This document shows positions 45,328-53,285 of a stretch of DNA of 62,156 nucleotides, piece after piece. The stretch is taken from contig DATDVS010000005.1 of assembly GCA_036517535.1 (NCBI GenBank), positions 1-62,156 of the forward strand. Reading direction: 5' to 3'. The stretch's first letter is position 1, and the number at the start of each line of letters is the position of its first letter. The DNA is from Minisyncoccota bacterium (GTDB lineage Bacteria; Patescibacteriota; Minisyncoccia; Phycocordibacterales; UBA9973). The notes beneath the pieces are model-generated. The model saw only the letters and a program-made list of their open reading frames with translations. It was not told the origin of the DNA and made no database searches. The position numbers and the translations under genes are program-made.

Positions 45328-47079
45328 TTACATCCTCTCCGGAGCTGCGATGCCGAGGAGGTGCAGGCCATTGCGGAGGACGATGGAGAATGCTTCGGTG
45401 AGTGCTACGCGGTAGGCGGAAAGCGGGTCATTTTTGTCGATAATTTTGGTGTTGCCGTAGTAGGTATTGAATGAACGGGAGAGTTCGATTAGAAAGTTCG
45501 CGATGTAGTGCGGAGCATATTCCTCCCCTGCTCTGTGCGCCGCTTCAGGGAACCGGCATAACAGCCTTTCAAGCTCGGAGACATTCTCCGGCAAATTGCC
45601 AAAGCCCGGCGCCACTCCCTCGGCCTCCGCTTTATTTAAAATTGACCTCGCCCGCGCGTAGGAATACTGCAAGTAGGGGCCCGAATCCCCTTCGAAGGAA
45701 ATAGATTTTTCAAAATCATAGATGATGTCCCCGCCGATCGAGGACTTTAAAATGGAGTACTTCAAGGCCGCCACGCCCACGCCGGAAGCCACTTCTTCTC
45801 TTTCTTGATCACTGAAATCCCGATCCGATATTTTCTCCAGTATCGCCGCCCGGGCATCCCGGATGAGCGACTCGCCGGTCACTACATTGCCTTTTCTCGA
45901 GCTCATTTTCCCGGCGGCAAAACGCATCATGCCATGGGTAATGTGCTTCATTTTTTTCTCATGCTCACTTCCATTGGGCTCGATCATTGAAAGAGCCTTG
46001 GCGACCACCCGCATGTAGTCCGCTTGTTCGTTGGCAGTTATGACCAAAGACAGATCCAGATCCGCCCTGGTTTCAAATTTCGCTTCGGTCAAGCCAAGCT
46101 CTTTCGTTTCATATGTCGGTAGCCCTCCGGAAGTGATGAAAACTCTAGTATGGAGCCTTGGATCATACTTCTCCGCTTTAAATACAATCGCGCCGTCGCT
46201 CGCTTCAAAAACTTTACCAACATTATCCCGCACCAACTTCTCCCCCAAGGCTGCCACTTCGCTTTCAAGAAAATACAGATCAAATTTAGTGCCCAGTATT
46301 TTATACAAGCCCTCAAAGGCCTCCATTGTAGTTTTGAAACCCCAATCATATATTTCATTTATTTTCTCGTTGCCAGCCCCGTTTATTCCCTCGTATATTT
46401 TTTTATTTATTTCATCTATTTCTTTTTTTATGTTGTCATTCTCGTACGCTTCCGCGCCCTTGACATAGCACTCACCGATCCAGGATGCCGCCACGGCAAC
46501 ATCTCCGCCTAAATCGATAAATTCCTTTCTTTTTTCATATTCTTCGCTCTTTAGAATGCCCCAGATAGCTTTGGCAATGTGGAGCCCCGCGTCGCCTTGG
46601 TAGTTGGCGCGCAGAACTTTGGCTCCGCCGTTCTCCACTATCCGGGAAATAGACTCCCCGATCGCGTTGGTCATCAGGTGGCCGATGTGAAATGGCTTGA
46701 AAGGGTTCGGATCGGTGTATTCGATCATTATCTTCTTGCTTTTAAAGAGGTGGTTGCGCCCGAAATTCTTGTTGTCGAGAATCTTCTTTACACTCTCCTG
46801 GAAAAAGTATTTGTTCAGATAAAAATTGACGAATCCGGAAACCGCTTCAATTTTCTCAAGGTCCGACCTTGGGGAATTTTTAAGGTTGGACCTTAATTGC
46901 CCTGCAATCTTCTCCGCGAGCTCTACCGGGCTAGTTTTAAGCTTCTTCGCCAGAATAAAAGCGACGTTAGTGGAGTAATCCCCCATCTGTAGATCCGCCG
47001 GGCGTTCGAGAACAACTTCCTTTGCCTCAATTTTAATATCCAGCGCATTCTTAATTAAATTTTTTATTTGCTCCTGCAT
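45328..47079 (-). CDS. argS: arginine--tRNA ligase
   Basis: 583 aa; FHIGHLM (HIGH), GKMSSRKGN, DALR anticodon-binding C-terminus. Confidence 0.95.
   Translation of the reverse strand: MQEQIKNLIKNALDIKIEAKEVVLERPADLQMGDYSTNVAFILAKKLKTSPVELAEKIAGQLRSNLKNSPRSDLEKIEAVSGFVNFYLNKYFFQESVKKILDNKNFGRNHLFKSKKIMIEYTDPNPFKPFHIGHLMTNAIGESISRIVENGGAKVLRANYQGDAGLHIAKAIWGILKSEEYEKRKEFIDLGGDVAVAASWIGECYVKGAEAYENDNIKKEIDEINKKIYEGINGAGNEKINEIYDWGFKTTMEAFEGLYKILGTKFDLYFLESEVAALGEKLVRDNVGKVFEASDGAIVFKAEKYDPRLHTRVFITSGGLPTYETKELGLTEAKFETRADLDLSLVITANEQADYMRVVAKALSMIEPNGSEHEKKMKHITHGMMRFAAGKMSSRKGNVVTGESLIRDARAAILEKISDRDFSDQEREEVASGVGVAALKYSILKSSIGGDIIYDFEKSISFEGDSGPYLQYSYARARSILNKAEAEGVAPGFGNLPENVSELERLLCRFPEAAHRAGEEYAPHYIANFLIELSRSFNTYYGNTKIIDKNDPLSAYRVALTEAFSIVLRNGLHLLGIAAPERM
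46858..46894. repeat. R1 palindromic element, in frame in argS
   Basis: AAGGTCCGACCTT GGGGAATTTTT AAGGTTGGACCTT; coding strand [14 protein letters not shown]. Confidence 0.9.
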
Positions 47080-47114
47080 TTTACTTTATAACTTTATACT
47101 TTATGAACTTTCAA
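47080..47114 (-). repeat. R3 AT-rich element forming the whole dut-argS spacer
   Basis: minus strand TTGAAAGTTCATAAAGTATAAAGTTATAAAGTAAA then ATG. Confidence 0.75.
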
Positions 47115-47540
47115 CTATTTATGCCCGGTGCTGCCTTCCCGGCCTGTCCCGCGTACGGTTTGCGATACCTCATGCACTTCCACCACATCACAATGCTCAA
47201 ACTTCTGGATTATCATCTGAGCAGCCTTGTGCCCTTGGGCGAGTAGCACTTCCTTGTTCGAGACATTGAGGAAATTCATGATTATTTCCCCCCGATAGCC
47301 AGCATCTATAACCCCGCCCATCATTTTAAGACCTAGGTTAAATGAAATGCTCGATTTGTCCCAGATAAGGCCCACATGGCCTTCGGGAATTTCAATAGCG
47401 ATGCCGGTGCGCACCCGCTCCTGACGCCCTGGTGGAAAGCGCACATCCTCGAGCGCATACAAATCCATCCCCGCGTCACCAGGATGCCCGTGTGTCGGGA
47501 GCTTCGCGTGCTTCTCGAGTTTTTTGACCTTTAAAATCAT
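47115..47540 (-). CDS. dut: dUTP diphosphatase
   Basis: 141 aa; GDAGMDLYA, IDAGYRGEI, GREGSTG. Confidence 0.9.
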   Translation of the reverse strand: MILKVKKLEKHAKLPTHGHPGDAGMDLYALEDVRFPPGRQERVRTGIAIEIPEGHVGLIWDKSSISFNLGLKMMGGVIDAGYRGEIIMNFLNVSNKEVLLAQGHKAAQMIIQKFEHCDVVEVHEVSQTVRGTGREGSTGHK

Positions 47541-48199
47541 CGGATTATATTCTTAATTTTAGCATAGATTTTATTATGTATATTTTCTCTTGTGTCTATT
47601 TTGCCGTCTTTCACACAGTCAATTTTCACCCAATTTTTTTGGGTTTTGGCGAGCCAGAGCGCGCTTTGGCGCGAATTTTCCAGGAATTTCGTGTCTTTTT
47701 CATGCGCATCTTTTTTGTTACCTCTGCCTTTGATTAAAGATCTGGTAATTTTAATAGGCACATTCAGATAAAACACGGCGTCCGGCTGGGGAATCTTAAA
47801 AACCTTGTATTCCATCTCCGCCAACCATTTTAAAAACGCTTCGCGTTTTTTAGTATTTGAAATTTTACCTCCTTGATGAATCTGATTCGCACTCGCGTAA
47901 CGATTGGCCACAACTATGTTCCCCTCCTTAATCCATTTCTCAATCTTGCCGCTTGATTCGAATCGGTCTGCAGCATAAAGCACTGAGGCAATCTTCGGGT
48001 GCACTTTTACGAAATCATAATACCGCTCGGAGAGGCAGTGTCCGATGAATTTACCAAAGAAATTGGAAGAATAATCGGGGAAATCAACTACTTTGACCTT
48101 CTTCCCATCCTTTTTTAAATGCTTAACTAAAAGCCCTGTTTGTGTAGCTTTCCCCGACCCATCCGTACCGTCTATTACAATCAATCTCCCGTGTTTCAT
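47537..48199 (-). CDS. tmk: thymidylate kinase-like (dTMP kinase)
   Basis: 220 aa; P-loop IDGTDGSGKATQ; overlaps dut and the nudix gene by 4 nt each. Confidence 0.8.
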   Translation of the reverse strand: MKHGRLIVIDGTDGSGKATQTGLLVKHLKKDGKKVKVVDFPDYSSNFFGKFIGHCLSERYYDFVKVHPKIASVLYAADRFESSGKIEKWIKEGNIVVANRYASANQIHQGGKISNTKKREAFLKWLAEMEYKVFKIPQPDAVFYLNVPIKITRSLIKGRGNKKDAHEKDTKFLENSRQSALWLAKTQKNWVKIDCVKDGKIDTRENIHNKIYAKIKNIIR

Positions 48200-48600
48200 A
48201 TTTTTCCCAGTACTTCTCTCGCATAAGGGTCTAACGAGGATTCATTTTTCATTTCTTCTAAAGTCAGCCACTTAAAAGAATCATGGAATTCATCCAAAAC
48301 AGGCTCGCCTTCAATTTCCCCCAGGTATGTTAGGCGCACCACATGCTTATCCGTCCTTAAAATATCCTGCGCAGAAATTAATTTTGGTTCTTTGGTTAAA
48401 TTAAGTTTTGTCTCTTCGAAAATTTCGCGTTTTAAATTCTCGAGAAGCGGTGTTCCTTTTTCAATCCTGCCACCGACAATATCCCAAGACTGATCCTTCT
48501 TCACTTCAGGATATTTATCCCAATTTCTATGCAATAGCAAAAATTTTCCTTTCTTGTTTTTTAATAAAATTTTCACCCCGACTTGTAGCTGTAGCTCCAT
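48196..48600 (-). CDS. NUDIX hydrolase
   Basis: 134 aa; Nudix box GGRIEKGTPLLENLKREIFEETKL. Confidence 0.85.
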   Translation of the reverse strand: MELQLQVGVKILLKNKKGKFLLLHRNWDKYPEVKKDQSWDIVGGRIEKGTPLLENLKREIFEETKLNLTKEPKLISAQDILRTDKHVVRLTYLGEIEGEPVLDEFHDSFKWLTLEEMKNESSLDPYAREVLGKI

Positions 48601-48605
48601 ATTTT

Positions 48606-49850
48606 TTACACAAAACTTTTAGGAATCGGGAATTTTTTGGCGAGGGCTTTGATTTCTTTATGTACGGAGTCTTTTATTTTTTTATTATCTTTATTTTTGA
48701 GCACTTTGATCATTAGCTCCGCCACCCGCTTGCATTCTTTTTCTTTGAATCCTCGCGTAGTGATCGCTGGCGTACCGAAACGGATTCCAGAAGGATCTAG
48801 AGGCTTTCTGGTATCCCCCGCGATTGAATTCATATTTAAAGTAATCCCTACTTCGTCGAGCACCGTCTGTGCTTCCTTGCCGGTAACTCCGAGAGATCCG
48901 AAAACATCGGCTAAAATAAGGTGATTGTCGGTGCCTCCGCCGATCATGCGAACTTTGTTCTTTTTTAGAACTTCAGCCATAGCCTTGGCATTCTTTAGAA
49001 TTTGTTTCGCATACTGCTTGTACTTTGGGGTCATGGCTTCGCCGAAAGCAACGGCCTTCGCTGCGATAGTATGCATATGCGGTCCGCCTTGGATGCCGGG
49101 GAAAATTGATTTATCTATTTTTTTAGCGATTTCCTCGCTCTCGCGGGTTAAAATTATTCCGCCGCGAGGCCCGCGGAGTGTTTTGTGCGTGGTCGAAGTG
49201 ATAATATCAAATCCATCATCAAATGGATTGCGGAGCGCTCCAGCGGCAATCAGTCCAGCGATGTGTGCCATGTCCGCCATCGTAATCGCTCCCACTTCCT
49301 TGGCAATCGATACGAATTTTTTATAATCCAAAGTACGCGGATATGCGGAAAAGCCGGCAATAATTAATTTTGGTTTGTGCTCTAGGGCTACTCTTCGCAT
49401 ATCTGCATAATCAATCTCTCCCGTGTCCGGATTTTTCATTTTGTAGGTGACAAATTTGTAGATTTTAGCCGGCAAGGTCATCGGGTGTCCGTGAGTCAGA
49501 TGCCCTCCATGCGAGAGGTCCATACCAAGCACCGTATCCCCCGGCTGGAGAAGCGCAGCGTAGACAGCTAGGTTTGCCGGCGCACCCGAATGCGGCTGGA
49601 CGTTTGCAAATTTGCAATTAAAAAGCTTCTTGGCGCGTTCTATCGCCAAAGTTTCCACTTGGTCGGTAAAATCCTGTCCGCCGTAGTAGCGGCGGCCGGG
49701 GTAGCCTTCGGAGTATTTGTTGGTAAATACGGAGCCGTTGGCGGCTAGGACGTCCTGCGACACGTAGTTTTCCGAGGGAATGAGCTCGAGCCCCTCGCGT
49801 TGGCGCTTTTCCTCGCCGGTGATCAGCTTTTCCACTTTTTTATCTCGCAT
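48606..49850 (-). CDS. glyA: serine hydroxymethyltransferase
   Basis: 414 aa; LIPSENY, TNKYSEGYPGRRYYGG, TTHKTLRGPRGG. Confidence 0.97.
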   Translation of the reverse strand: MRDKKVEKLITGEEKRQREGLELIPSENYVSQDVLAANGSVFTNKYSEGYPGRRYYGGQDFTDQVETLAIERAKKLFNCKFANVQPHSGAPANLAVYAALLQPGDTVLGMDLSHGGHLTHGHPMTLPAKIYKFVTYKMKNPDTGEIDYADMRRVALEHKPKLIIAGFSAYPRTLDYKKFVSIAKEVGAITMADMAHIAGLIAAGALRNPFDDGFDIITSTTHKTLRGPRGGIILTRESEEIAKKIDKSIFPGIQGGPHMHTIAAKAVAFGEAMTPKYKQYAKQILKNAKAMAEVLKKNKVRMIGGGTDNHLILADVFGSLGVTGKEAQTVLDEVGITLNMNSIAGDTRKPLDPSGIRFGTPAITTRGFKEKECKRVAELMIKVLKNKDNKKIKDSVHKEIKALAKKFPIPKSFV

Positions 49851-50709
49851 ATTGCCATCTTAACACAGACCCATCTGACTTAACAATCACGGTTCCGGAT
49901 AAATCGGTGCGGAGAATCTTAGCCCCTATTTTACCCAATATATCGAGAGTTTCCCTATGCGGATGCCCATAATTATTGCTCTTGCCGTCGGAAATGAGGG
50001 CGTACTCGGGTGCCACAGCTTTTACGAATTCATCGGAGGTTGAAGTACGCGACCCATGATGCCCGACTTTCAAAATCGTGCTCGCAAGTTTTGATTTTGA
50101 ATTATTTTTTAAAATTATTTCTTCTGTCTTCTTGGTAGCATCACCAGTAAGCATTACTGACGTATCACCATAACTAAGTCGTGCAATTATTGAGCCATCG
50201 TTAGCATCCCAGAGCGACACATCACGGTCCGGAAACAAAATTTCGATCACGGCCCCTCCGCCCAAGTGAAGCCGCATTCCCTTTTTCGCCAAGATGTCGG
50301 GGATTTTTTGCTTTTTGATTTCACTTTTCAAATTCTGGAATGTTTTCGAGTCATTTATAGTTCCAGGCTCGAGTACTAGCCCCACTTTATATGACTTCAG
50401 TATGTCGAGGAATCCACCGATGTGGTCCGCGTCGGGGTTAGTAATCACAATCGCATCAATTTCTTTATCATAGAAAGGCATCACTCGCGAAAGGGGCCCT
50501 AGAACTTTATGCGCTGATCCGGCGTCAAACATTATTTGGGTTCCGGTCGGAGATTCGATGAAAAGCCCGTCGCCTTGGCCCACATCCAGCATGGCAAAAG
50601 TCAGCCCCTTGTGAGAATTTTTATAATCCAGATTAACTAGAAATACAGCCAAAAATAAAAGGGCAAAAGTACCGCAAAGCAACCAATATTTTTTGACCAA
50701 AGGAAGCAT
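49840..50709 (-). CDS. stand-alone ComEC-type MBL-fold domain protein (membrane anchored)
   Basis: 289 aa; N-terminal TM, MLDVGQGDG, ITNPDADHIGG, VGHHGS. Confidence 0.7.
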   Translation of the reverse strand: MLPLVKKYWLLCGTFALLFLAVFLVNLDYKNSHKGLTFAMLDVGQGDGLFIESPTGTQIMFDAGSAHKVLGPLSRVMPFYDKEIDAIVITNPDADHIGGFLDILKSYKVGLVLEPGTINDSKTFQNLKSEIKKQKIPDILAKKGMRLHLGGGAVIEILFPDRDVSLWDANDGSIIARLSYGDTSVMLTGDATKKTEEIILKNNSKSKLASTILKVGHHGSRTSTSDEFVKAVAPEYALISDGKSNNYGHPHRETLDILGKIGAKILRTDLSGTVIVKSDGSVLRWQYAR

Positions 50710-50717
50710 GCTATAAT
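50709..50717 (+). promoter_or_regulatory. extended -10 TGCTATAAT, 6 nt before ATG 50724; overlaps the start codon of the divergent gene
   Basis: caTGCTATAATagtataATG. Confidence 0.55.
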
Positions 50718-50723
50718 AGTATA

Positions 50724-51326
50724 ATGGAAAAATTTACAGAGTTAAAATTTAATATTCCGGAGCTCAAGGGTATCTCCCAGAAAAACATCGAGGAACATCT
50801 GAAACTCTATGCGGGGTATGTGAAAAATACGAGTCTTATTTTAGAGAAAATTCCTGAATACGAGGGCTACGCAAAAGAGGACACTTTTGCACCATACGTC
50901 GTAAGCGAGATCCAGCGCAGATTTAGTTTCGAGTTTAATGGTATGCGCAATCACGAATATTATTTCAAATCCCTCGAAGGCGGGGCAAGGCCATTGCCGG
51001 AGGGCTCGCAATTCAAGGCGGTGATTGAAAAACAAGCTCCCTCGCTCGAAGTTGCCATAGCGGGTTTTAAAACTCTCGCCATGACCCGTGGCATCGGCTG
51101 GGCAATGCTCTACTATGATCCGCAAACCAAAAGACTTTTGAATGCATGGGTAGATGAACAGCATCTAGGACAGCTCGCAACTTGTAAAATAATCCTCGCG
51201 CTCGACATGTGGGAACATGCGTATGTATATGACTACCCGACCTCGGAGAAGAAAAAATATGTAGAAGCATTTTTCGAGAATCTAAACTGGGACGTGATAG
51301 AGGAGAATTTTAAAGCGGCTCAGTAA
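50724..51326 (+). CDS. Fe/Mn superoxide dismutase family protein
   Basis: 200 aa; IEEH..., NHEYYF, DMWEHAYVYDY. Confidence 0.75.
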   Translation: MEKFTELKFNIPELKGISQKNIEEHLKLYAGYVKNTSLILEKIPEYEGYAKEDTFAPYVVSEIQRRFSFEFNGMRNHEYYFKSLEGGARPLPEGSQFKAVIEKQAPSLEVAIAGFKTLAMTRGIGWAMLYYDPQTKRLLNAWVDEQHLGQLATCKIILALDMWEHAYVYDYPTSEKKKYVEAFFENLNWDVIEENFKAAQ

Positions 51327-52788
51327 AGAATTGTTTGATAGTCCTCCCGAAAAGTCTATGCGTAAAATAGATGTAAATTAGAATAGTCAGAATCAGCGGA
51401 AAATGAGGGAGTTGAATGGAGGCCAGAGGAATATTTGCGAAGAAATCTATGACTTTTAGCTCGTAGTTTAAGAATATATAAGAAAGGTAGCCGAACGGCA
51501 CGGCGAGCCAATGATAGATAAGCCCAGCGAAGCCAGTGAGAAAACCAAAAAGCATCGTCCAGGGAATAAAGGGTAAAATTAAAACATTTGCCGGCAAAGC
51601 AACCAGGGATAGGGTACCCATTTTGTAGAGAATAAATGGCGCGACCAGAATGTAAGCCGCAGTGGTGACGCTCGCTATGTCGCGCAGCTTAAATTTATCC
51701 GTAATCCACATAAAATGTTTTTCGATCCGAGGCGAGAGGAAGATCACTGCAATGGTCGCAATAAAAGAGAGCTGGAAAGACACATCGTAAACCAAAATAA
51801 ATGGATTGATGAGCACCATGATAATGGCAGCGAGTATCAGTGCCCGCGCGACATCATAATTCCTGCCCGTCGCGCGGGCCAAGAGCGCGAGTGAGGCCAT
51901 GATGCCAGCCCGGATGGCGGTGGAGCTTGCGCCAGTCATCAGAACAAAAAGTAAAATCGCCAGTATCCCCGCTCCGATTCCAAAATAGAACGGTAAAAAT
52001 GTAAACAGCTTCATAATCCACTCAGCCACTATGGTCACATTGTAGCCGGAAAGCGCTACTATGTGGATCGTGCCCGTATCCACGAATTTTTGCCGCAGAT
52101 CCTCGCTAAATGCCGACTTCTCTCCCAAGATGAGGCCAGCCATCAGTAAATTCTCTGGGTTTGGGATAAAACTATTCACCTTTTCTAAGAACTTTTCTTT
52201 TACAGAAAACAGGGTATTCTTTATAAAATTCCCGTGGCCGATCGAAACAACCTTGATGTCCGGATAGCTGGAAATATAATAAATTCCGTCCTTCCTTAAA
52301 TAATTTATATAATCAAACTCCTTGCCCTGATCGGTGATGAAGTTCTCTGGTTTTTCTATTTCCCCGTTGAAACTCACCTCATCGCCGTATTTGTAGCTAT
52401 TTTCGAAATCAGTGGTAATTAAAATCTTGGCGGAAAAAGGTCTGGCCTTAAGGGAGTCCAAGGCCAGACCTTGAGGAGCCAAAAGCACCGTCAGCTTTTG
52501 ATTGTTTTCACGAATATCCGGCGCATCCACGATAATTCCTGAGTTGGAAACATTTATCGGCGCGGGTATATCGACTATAGCGAACCTAAACATTCCCAGC
52601 GAAAACGCCAATACAAAAACACTTCCAACAATCCCCCAATTATTTCTATCCAGTAGAAACACCAGCATCACACAAAACCCAACGATCGTCAGCAACCATA
52701 TCACGTACCAATTTATAAAAACAAAAGAGCGCAAAAGCACTCCCGCCAAGAATCCGAAACAAATAGAATATAAAATCCTACCCTGCAT
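51310..52788 (-). CDS. comEC: ComEC/Rec2 DNA-uptake channel (OB plus competence domains, no MBL domain)
   Basis: 492 aa, many TMs; typical competence-domain segment GTIHIVALSGYNVTIV. Confidence 0.8.
   Translation of the reverse strand: MQGRILYSICFGFLAGVLLRSFVFINWYVIWLLTIVGFCVMLVFLLDRNNWGIVGSVFVLAFSLGMFRFAIVDIPAPINVSNSGIIVDAPDIRENNQKLTVLLAPQGLALDSLKARPFSAKILITTDFENSYKYGDEVSFNGEIEKPENFITDQGKEFDYINYLRKDGIYYISSYPDIKVVSIGHGNFIKNTLFSVKEKFLEKVNSFIPNPENLLMAGLILGEKSAFSEDLRQKFVDTGTIHIVALSGYNVTIVAEWIMKLFTFLPFYFGIGAGILAILLFVLMTGASSTAIRAGIMASLALLARATGRNYDVARALILAAIIMVLINPFILVYDVSFQLSFIATIAVIFLSPRIEKHFMWITDKFKLRDIASVTTAAYILVAPFILYKMGTLSLVALPANVLILPFIPWTMLFGFLTGFAGLIYHWLAVPFGYLSYIFLNYELKVIDFFANIPLASIQLPHFPLILTILIYIYFTHRLFGRTIKQFFTEPL
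52437..52472. repeat. R1-related diverged palindromic element, in frame in comEC
   Basis: AAGGTCTGGCCTT AAGGGAGTCC AAGGCCAGACCTT; arms still exact reverse complements; coding strand QGLALDSLKARP. Confidence 0.7.
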
Positions 52789-53281
52789 TTTCTAGCTTTA
52801 CTGGCTCTCCCTCCGCAAAACTGGTAGCAATTAAATCCGCGCGGTGGTTGTATTTGTCTTCATGATGGCCTTTCACGTAGGCCCACTTTGGCTTTAGCTC
52901 CTGGTTCAACTCGTAGAGCTCTTCCCAGAGCTCGCGATTCATCACCGGCTTCTTCTGGGCATTGCGCCAGTTATTCTTCACCCAATTCCCTATCCATTCA
53001 GTGATTCCTAAAATCACATACTTTGAATCCGAAATAATTTCTATGTTACTCTTAGCTAGGTCTTGCCTAGCTAGAATATATTTCAAGGCTTTAATCGGCG
53101 CCGTGAGCTCCATTATGTTATTCGTAGCGTGTGACGAAAAACCACCAATTTCTAATACTTTCAACTTTATAACTTTACGAACTTTTAACTTGTCATTATC
53201 GCCAAAGATAATGACGGCCCCCCAGCCCGCTCTCCCTGGGTTGCCCTTCGCCGCCCCATCGGTGTAAATAGTGATTTTCAT
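52778..53281 (-). CDS. rnhA: ribonuclease HI (carries an in-frame R3 copy)
   Basis: 167 aa; IYTDGAAKGNPG, TNNIMEL, SDSKY, C-terminal H..D. Confidence 0.85.
   Translation of the reverse strand: MKITIYTDGAAKGNPGRAGWGAVIIFGDNDKLKVRKVIKLKVLEIGGFSSHATNNIMELTAPIKALKYILARQDLAKSNIEIISDSKYVILGITEWIGNWVKNNWRNAQKKPVMNRELWEELYELNQELKPKWAYVKGHHEDKYNHRADLIATSFAEGEPVKLENAG
53157..53191 (-). repeat. R3 AT-rich element, in frame in rnhA
   Basis: minus strand AAGTTAAAAGTTCGTAAAGTTATAAAGTTGAAAGT encodes KLKVRKVIKLKV. Confidence 0.65.
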
Positions 53282-53285
53282 GCGT

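Noticed and set aside
50724-51326. Suspicion that the SOD-like protein lacks a metal ligand.
   Set aside because: On re-inspection the expected ligand contexts are all present (IEEH, NHEYYF, DMWEHAY). Only the second-sphere KHH region differs, and that cannot be judged without an alignment.
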